The notes beneath the pieces are model-generated. The model was not told the origin of the DNA. It worked only from the letters and a program-made list of their open reading frames with translations, and did no database searches. Positions 56,761 to 64,000 of a DNA stretch of 64,000 nucleotides are shown here, in pieces (position 1 is the stretch's first letter; every line of letters begins with the position of its first letter). The translations under genes were made by a program, and so were the position numbers. The DNA is from Basidiobolus meristosporus CBS 931.73. Lineage: Eukaryota; Fungi; Basidiobolomycota. The DNA lies in NCBI GenBank assembly GCA_002104905.1, contig MCFE01000283.1, positions 39,449 to 103,448 of the forward strand, written 5' to 3'.

Positions 56761-57519
56761 GGTTTGGTTGGTGCTTGCGTAGCCGGTGGACTCTTGGAGA
56801 TGTTGCTGTTAAGGATATTTAGCTGAAACATTGCGAAATAAATTCATCCAAATCCGCATTCCTTTGACCTAGCTGTGATATGCTCAATGATGCAAAAAGA
56901 ATTGCATTACAAACATCCAGCACATTTGCTACCTCAAGTCCACATAACAGTGACATTTGGTACCTTAAGCCTTGCACTTCCACAGTTTTCAACGATATAT
57001 TACAAGTCACTGGAATATCCAATCCTCAATGCGTATTTTCTAAATCGTTGCATTATTAAGTCGGTGTGAATCTTCCCTTTAATAACTTATTGCATGGTTA
57101 AGCCGTGTACGTGTAACCATCAGTCCATGGAGATGTTGGGGCTGCACCGTCTTGGCTGTATAACTTACTGAGTGTCATTGTTGCAAGAGATAACAAGTGT
57201 GGATATTGGATAATATATACTGATTGTCGTGGGTGTCTTTGGCTTCACCACAGTTGGCCATCCAGTCTTTGCATCTGGTTCATGCCATGCTTGACCAATC
57301 CACTCAATATAAGCAACTATTCATCTGGAAGGTGCGTGGATGGTTTGTTACCGGTGTACAGTCAATCTGGATTGCTTGCTATAAATTGTTGCGGGCTGTA
57401 TGGAAGAAGTGAGGCGTCAAAATGCCGTAGTATTGAGTCACCGTCTGGGCGGGATAGATATAAAGCAGCAGTTGTGGACTTGTCTGTCTTAAGACTTATT
57501 GCACTCCACTTCCTCAGCC

Positions 57520-57744
57520 ATGATATCTGATCAAGAAGCCCGTTTGTACTCTGCTGATGTCAGAGAAGAAATTGCCAGAGCCAAGAGAGCTAACAACGGA
57601 AACTACGCCTCAGTCACAGTGAAAGGGATTTGCTGGACTTGGAGAGGACTCGGAACTGGCGAACTTTCCTTCAAGCAGATCCTCAAAGGGAGAAAGGGGA
57701 CCGCCTGCGTGGATAGGTTTGGTTGGTGCCTACATAGCCGGTAG
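57520..57744 (+). CDS. Small orphan protein, 74 aa, copy 2 (23-nt deletion changes the C-terminus)
   Basis: Near-identical first 65 codons and promoter to copy 1. Confidence 0.4.
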   Translation: MISDQEARLYSADVREEIARAKRANNGNYASVTVKGICWTWRGLGTGELSFKQILKGRKGTACVDRFGWCLHSR

Positions 57745-58585
57745 ACTCTTGGAGATGTTGCTGTTAAGGATATTTAGCTGAAGCATTGTGAAGTAATAAA
57801 CATTCCTTTGACCCAGCTGTATTATGCTCATTGCACTTTATTAAATATATGTGAATTGCTATTTTGATTGTCTAAGTGTGCAACTGCCATGTACAGGCTA
57901 AACTTGCAGCTTTCAGTATCTCAGGTTCTATTGTTTTTACAGACAAAGATAAATATTTTCTCGGGGGTGAATAGGCTGAACATCCTTTCCACAAGACTTG
58001 GTAATATGTTATCGTGAAATTCACACTTACCAGGTGTGGGGCAAGTATTACTGTTGTCCAAGGTTGATGATTCTGTGAACAGAATAGGAAATTTCAAAGG
58101 CGCCTTCATTATACCTTTTTCGAATAACCGTCATACAGATACAACACGCTTTACGATACAGTTGAAAGATAAAGATGTGATATCGAAGAGTGTTATTGTA
58201 GGGATGTGTAGAGTTCAAGAGTGAATGGCAACTACTTCAACGAATATTCTTGGCGTATTTTTAGTTGCAGTGGAGAGTATTTCTTCAGATACCGGGAGCA
58301 AAAACGGATATTTTGAATAAACATTAAAGTGATTTAATGGTATCACGGGCCCTGATCTTGGGGGAATAAATAGTCACATACGTCTACTAGTGTATTTATG
58401 CTTATTGTCCAGCATCCACCAGAGGTTTTTGACAGAGTAGCACTGTTATTTATACCGTTGTAAATGATGTGTAGCATGTATGGTTAGAATACCCCAACAT
58501 ACACTGTTTACTTCTTTATACAGCTACTTTGTATACTTGCATTATTTCTAGCATTCAACATTGAACGTAATAGATTTATTAATCA

Positions 58586-58783
58586 TCAGATACAGCATCT
58601 CTGGCCAGACTTGCATCCAGTATCCCAGAACACGGATCTCCAACCGGTGGGGCAGCTACCGGAAACGCACAAGGAGCCTCTTGAGTTCCCTTGGGCTTGG
58701 CACGAGAGAGCATCTACGGAGCCGGAACTGGAGCTGGCCACAAGGAAGGCGACCATCAAGGAGACTGCAAATTTCTTCATCAT
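58586..58783 (-). CDS. Secreted beta-defensin-like Cys-rich peptide, 65-aa precursor
   Basis: Signal peptide MMKKFAVSLMVAFLVASSSSGSVDA plus a 40-aa mature part with C-x10-C-x4-C-x12-C-x5-CC. TATATA upstream. Confidence 0.8.
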   Translation of the reverse strand: MMKKFAVSLMVAFLVASSSSGSVDALSCQAQGNSRGSLCVSGSCPTGWRSVFWDTGCKSGQRCCI

Positions 58784-59844
58784 TGTTTTGATTGAGAGAT
58801 TAGTGTGTGAATGATGTCTAGCAGCAAGGTTAGCTCAATATATAGGCGTCATTTCCACATTGCTGCACATACTTTTGTCAATAGTCGCTGTGGCTAGCTC
58901 TACGAATGGTTGTACAAGAGAAGAAGGTTACCTCGGTAATGTAAACCAGTTCCAGGAAATTATATGTATTGATGGCCAACATCAAAAGAGCAGTAGCATT
59001 TACATGGTATTTCTTGTATGGCATAGTGTCACCTCTTTGTTCATACATATAAATGATGCGGCAATAATATGCAAAATCAAAGGTAGCAATCCTTGAACTG
59101 GGCTACTCATCACATTTTGTGCCACACAGCTTTTGCCGTGCAATACACTCATCTACGAAGAATGTTCTAAATGCAGTACCACACGGCTGAAAGTAAGCCT
59201 TCCCTGTTATTTTCAAGTGTAGAACTACTTTGCCGATAGTTCAATAGATAATTTATTAGGTAGATACAACATCTTTGGTGTCCCGGAATACCAACCTTTT
59301 ACCAATACCTGAAGGGCGCAAGTAGAGAGTGTCAACACAGCTGGCCTCAATAATGGCAGGTAAGGAGAGTTGTAATCTGTAAAGTAAACAAGTACTCTTG
59401 AAGCATGTGCAATATAGGTCATTACGTACACTGCTAATTATCCTTCCTCTGTGCAAAGCACTCACTCAGCGGTTGTTGTGGCTAGGCAGTCTGTAACAAT
59501 GGAATATGTAAACCAGCTCTATACACAAATAGCAATGTAATGGTTACATTCACTCTACTTATTGACAGTTATAGCAATCATGAATATGCAGCATTGTTGC
59601 TTATACAGTGTAAATGATATATAGCACTGTGGCGAACAACAGTTCAATAGATGGTTCCCAATACAGTTGCACATATTAAGCCCCAAAGATGAGACCAGCA
59701 TATTTTGCTACACTATTGGCTCCCATTATACTGCTATATAGTTGCTTCTTAAGCACTAATCTCCGTATATACAATACGGCTTGTCTCTAGCATCTGCATT
59801 GTCATGTGTACGCTCCACATTGAACGTATTGGATTTATTGATTA

Positions 59845-60040
59845 TCAGATACAGCATCTCTGGCCAGATTTGCATCCGGTATCCCAGAATACTGATCTCC
59901 AACCGGTGGGGCAGCCACCGGAAACGCACAAGGAGCCTCTTGAGTTCCTTGGGCTTGGCACGAGAGAGCATCTACGGAGCCGGAACTGGAGCTGGCCACA
60001 AGAAAGGCAACCATCAGGGAGACTGCAAACTTCTCATCAT
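59845..60040 (-). pseudogene. Defensin-like copy 2, two single-base deletions (possibly assembly errors)
   Basis: 196 nt versus 198 nt. One A is missing in ATGAAGAA and one G in CAAGGGAAC. Confidence 0.75.
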
Positions 60041-61120
60041 TGTTTTGATTGAGAGATTAGTGTGTGAATGATGTCTAGCAGCAGGGTTGGCTCAATATAT
60101 AGGCGTCATTTCCACATTGTTGTACATACTTTTGTCAATAGTTCGCTGTGGCTAGCTCTACAAATGATTGTACATGAGAAGAAGGCTACCTGGGTAATGT
60201 AAACCAGTTCCACAGAGCTGCAGCATTGAGATGATGTTAATACACAAAAATAAATTGGCAATCCATGAACCGGGTTGCTCATCAGACATGCTATTGTGTA
60301 GTGGTAGTCCTACACCAATAAAGCATCTTTGGCCTCTAACTGGAAAGTAAATCAAGACCTCAAGATGCATAGACAATCTCGATAATTACGTTTACTGTAA
60401 CATGTACATTCCATGACTGTTGTGGCTAAGCAGTCTGTGACAACGGAATGAGTGTGGGTACATTGATTACAGTCAAATCTACCATTTGAGACTTAAAGCG
60501 GTAATGATATTCAATCGGGATATGCAAAGTCCTAGGTAACACTGTCGCTTATAAAGCATAAATGAATCTTGATTTTTAGGCCTAGATGCTGCTATTTGCA
60601 ATAACACGCAAGTATTTGATATAACTTTAGTGTTTGTAACGACTTGCATTGATTTTGCTACAAGTAAATATAGATATGAGATTGCTGTCCCACTTGGGAA
60701 TTGAAATATGTTGTATTCTTTACAACGACTTACCCGATAATTCATTAGATAATTTATTAGGTAGATACAACATCTTTGGTGTTCCGGAATATCAAACTTT
60801 GACTTGTGTCTGAAGGGCGCAAGTAGAGAGTGTCAACACAACTGGCCTCCATACTGGCAGGTAAGGAAAGTTGTAATATGTAAAGTAAGCAAGTCCTCTT
60901 GACGCATGAGCAATATAGGTCATTATGTACACTGTTACTTATCCTTCCTCTGTGCAAAACACTCACTCACATAAAGAGGAGGCAAACATATTTTGCTACA
61001 CTTTGGCTATATAGTTGCTGCTTGCTTCTTAAGCGCCAATCTCCGAATACTCTGTCCTGTTTCTAGCATCTGCATTATTGTGTGTAAATTCAACATTGAA
61101 CATATTGGATTTATTAACTC

Positions 61121-61318
61121 TCAGATACAGCATCTTTGGCCAGACTTGCATCCAGTATCCCAGAACACGGATCTCCAACCGGTGGGGCAGCCACCGGAAA
61201 CGCACAAGGAGCCTCTTGAGTTCCCTTGGGCTTGGCACGAGAGAGCATCTACGGAGCCGGAACTGGAGCTGGCCACAAGGAAGGCGACCATCAAGGAGAC
61301 CGCAAGTTTCTTCATCAT
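61121..61318 (-). CDS. Secreted beta-defensin-like peptide, copy 3
   Basis: Differs from copy 1 at only two residues (F/L in the signal peptide, S/G before the third Cys). Confidence 0.8.
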   Translation of the reverse strand: MMKKLAVSLMVAFLVASSSSGSVDALSCQAQGNSRGSLCVSGGCPTGWRSVFWDTGCKSGQRCCI

Positions 61319-63184
61319 TGTTTTGATTGAGAGCTTAGTGTGTGAATGATGTCTAGCAGCAAGGTTAGCTCAATATATAGGCGTCATTTCCCCATTGTTG
61401 CACATACTTTCGTCGATAGTCGCTGTGGCTAGCTCTACAAATGGTTGTGCAAGAGAAGAAAGTTACCCGGGTAATGTAAACCAGCTCAGAAGGTTACCTG
61501 GGTAATGTAAACCAGTCCCACAAAGCTGCAGCATTATGGCATAGTGGTACAGAGTCAATGTGGTATTAATACACAAAATCAAAATCCATAAACCGGGTTG
61601 CTCATCAGATATGCTATTGTGTAGTGGTAGTTCTACACCAATAAAGCATCTTTGGCCTCTAACGGGAAAGTAAATCAGGACCTCGAGATGCATAGCCAAT
61701 GTTGATAATTACGTTTACTGTAGCATGTACATTCCATGGCTGTTGTGGCTAAGCAGTCTGTAACAATGGAATGAGAGTGAATACCGTTTGAGACTTAAAG
61801 CGGTAATGATATTCAATCAACATATCGCAGGTAACACTGTCGCTTATAAAGTATAAATGATATATAATATTGTTGCACATGGTCTGCAATAAACACTTGC
61901 TAGAGAACCCAAAAATACCGATGAATCTTGATTTTTAAATCTAGATGCCGCTATTTGCAATAACACGCAAGTGTTTGTTGGACTCTAGTATGACTGAGAA
62001 GGTAACACTCTTTGATTTTTCGTCATTCCACATACAAGTAAATATAGATGTGACTAAGTGGGATGCAATGGCTTTGTGGATAAGAAGCTTACTACTTTCC
62101 ATTCATTAAAGTGGTGAAGTTTATCCGCAGCTTACATTAATAAGACTTTACCCGTGGAAATACACACTGAAGATTAAGATATTTACCATCTGGGCACTAA
62201 CTGCCTGATCCTCTTTCCCTCATATCCTGACATGTGCTTGTGCATACAAGTGCGTTGTTAGACTTTTAGGTAGCATTGGTATTGCCACTATTGCCCTACT
62301 TAGAGTTGAACCAAGAGTACTGGTGAAATGAGCAAAGTGCCATTTAATGAATCAATAAGTGCTGTTCATTGTCCTTGTCAAGCCATAACAAAATATTCGG
62401 TTAGGCCATCAATCCATTCAAGTTGTTCATGTCTCTAGAGCGGGTTAAGTCTTGGCATAGTGGTGGGCTGAGATGATAGACCCGAATCGAGGCTACATTC
62501 ACTGCGTTGGTGGCAAAAACTGAGTATGTAACACCGCAGGTTTGTTCATTCATTTCAATGAAGCCTTTTTGGATGAGAAATAGAAGTACGATAACAGCCA
62601 TGCATCCTCAATACTTCGGTGTATGCGTTGGTATGCCAGCCAAACTCCACACTTTCCATTGTAAGATGAGCTATGGGGAATCAAGTCGGCAATCTCCAGA
62701 ATAACCGTGTCAAACACTCTTCTTCCGGATTGAGCGTTTTCTTTGGCGCATTTGTCTACCCATAGACCATGGTTACTGAGATGTGAGTGTAGTATACAAC
62801 AATGCAAGGCATATTTTAAGAGAACACGTACGCTTTTGGACCTGGCTTACCGGAGTAAGGACTTCACCTTTGAAACAGTGTCTGTGGTACTAGGGGATCG
62901 AGCTAGAAGCGAGATAAATAGATTGATGATTACAATGCCTCTCTGTACCCCCCCCCACTGGCCCTATGCCCCAGCACAGATAGCTATTGCCCGAAATCAT
63001 TACGCAGGAGTGTCACCATACAGTCATTCCTGAGGTATGTGAGTGTGGTATGGGTCTACTAAGGAACAGTAAAGGTAGCTTAAAGCGATGGTAATGAATA
63101 TTAAAGCATTGTAATAAATAATCTCAATCCCATAACTCTTAGCCCCTTCATTCTATCTTTCGCTAAATTTGGATTTTCGAACAA

Positions 63185-63990
63185 GTGAGCAGTTGGGTAG
63201 AGTGGCGTCTATCTGTAGCTCAAGCTTCTGGAGAACTGGTTGGGTGAAGGCTTGAGTAGTGGGTCCCTGCTGATGATTTCGATCCATGTCGAGGGCGTTG
63301 TCCTCTGGAGCCTAGTGTTGACATTGGCATCTTCAAGTAATTGCGAGATGGCAAGGTTATTAAAGACTTGGGGAACGCGTGAGGCTGGCAACAGAGCAAC
63401 GAAAACCAAGCGCACTGGAGCAGTCAGAGGTTGGCAAGTCTGAGTGGATGGTCACCAGTAGCCGCTACAATAAAGTTCGACTACCGACTTACTCTTTTCC
63501 GATTTTTATGCAAAGTTGTGTGCCCGCTTAAACATCCAGTTATGAATTTTGATTTTAAAGATCAGAAAACTGTAATCGTAATCAAACAAGTATGTCATTT
63601 TGCAAACAAAATTTTAAGTATTTTTCTTTTCTTTGCTTGCTGATTTTCAATATGAATATGTAGCGAGAGAGATATTGGTATTTTGATTTGATTTTTGAAT
63701 GATATTTGGTTAACAACAAGCTGTCAGAATGTGCAGACCGTCCTCGCCAGGCTGTTGGAATAATCAACCGGCAAGTTCATCAACTGAACAGGTCCTAAGG
63801 TCCCGAAAGACCGATCGGCCACAGTTCACACTTCCCTTTACGGACAGCGCACTACATCTCATCTACCAGCTTGGTATTAGTGTCTTTGTTGGGAAACAAA
63901 GACTGGGAATGTACTATATACATAATCCTGTAAAGTACAGTCGTAACGATACCAAAACGACAGATGCCCCCTATTTATAGGGAAAAAATC
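63185..63990. repeat. Dispersed repeat copy 2 (see 50916-51485); may extend past the window end
   Basis: Collinear with copy 1, plus small insertions and an extra ~150-bp segment (~63735-63900). Confidence 0.8.
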
Positions 63991-64000
63991 GATAAAAATT

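Larger units (their letters stand above)
58500..62000. repeat. Three tandem ~1.25-kb units, each carrying a defensin-like gene; third unit partial
   Basis: Repeated landmarks at ~58586, 59845 and 61121, with collinear upstream flanks. Confidence 0.85.

Noticed and set aside
57943-58320. ~125-codon + strand frame interrupted by two TGAs
   Set aside because: No start, no recognisable motif and no second copy, so it cannot be distinguished from chance.
59245-59310. DNLLGRYNIFGVPEYQ frame repeated at ~60745 with two synonymous differences
   Set aside because: Only 16 codons inside a recent tandem duplication and bounded by stops. Insufficient evidence for an exon.
62400-63060. Overlapping short ORFs at 62.4-63.0 kb
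   Set aside because: No consistent frame, start context or recognisable domain.

Overview
Eukaryotic, most likely fungal, genomic DNA. This is an inference from intronless secreted-protein genes with TATA boxes, a chromovirus, PHIS and CACTA-type transposons and a Pol III tRNA; an early-diverging fungal lineage is plausible but not provable here. No housekeeping protein gene is recognisable. The window has four blocks. (1) 1-~23.8 kb is a CpG-eroded transposon graveyard: CACTA-like relics interrupted by two copies of a two-ORF PIF/Harbinger-like (PHIS) element with 15-bp TIRs and 3-bp ANT target duplications, a solo LTR, and a full-length decayed Ty3/Gypsy chromovirus (16342-21965, CAAGG TSD). 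(2) ~24-45 kb is CpG-rich: an orphan 341-aa gene, then a ~20-kb array of six degenerate ~3-4 kb tandem units. Each unit carries members of three unrecognised secreted-protein families (here A, B, C), with 10 intact ORFs and many pseudogenes. B and C share a codon-diverged N/Q-rich core motif and an acidic-block/KR/cationic-tail layout. (3) ~45-51 kb is again CpG-eroded TE debris: a fold-back MITE of the PHIS family and a second solo LTR. (4) 51-64 kb holds a diverged A-B gene pair, an A pseudogene, a Cys-rich secreted pseudogene, tRNA-Leu(CAG), a duplicated small orphan gene and three tandem copies of a beta-defensin-like peptide gene. The best candidates for an undescribed system are the A/B/C secreted-protein cassette and the beta-defensin-like peptides. 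Family names A-D are mine; no database search was possible. Many boundaries of degenerate relics are approximate.
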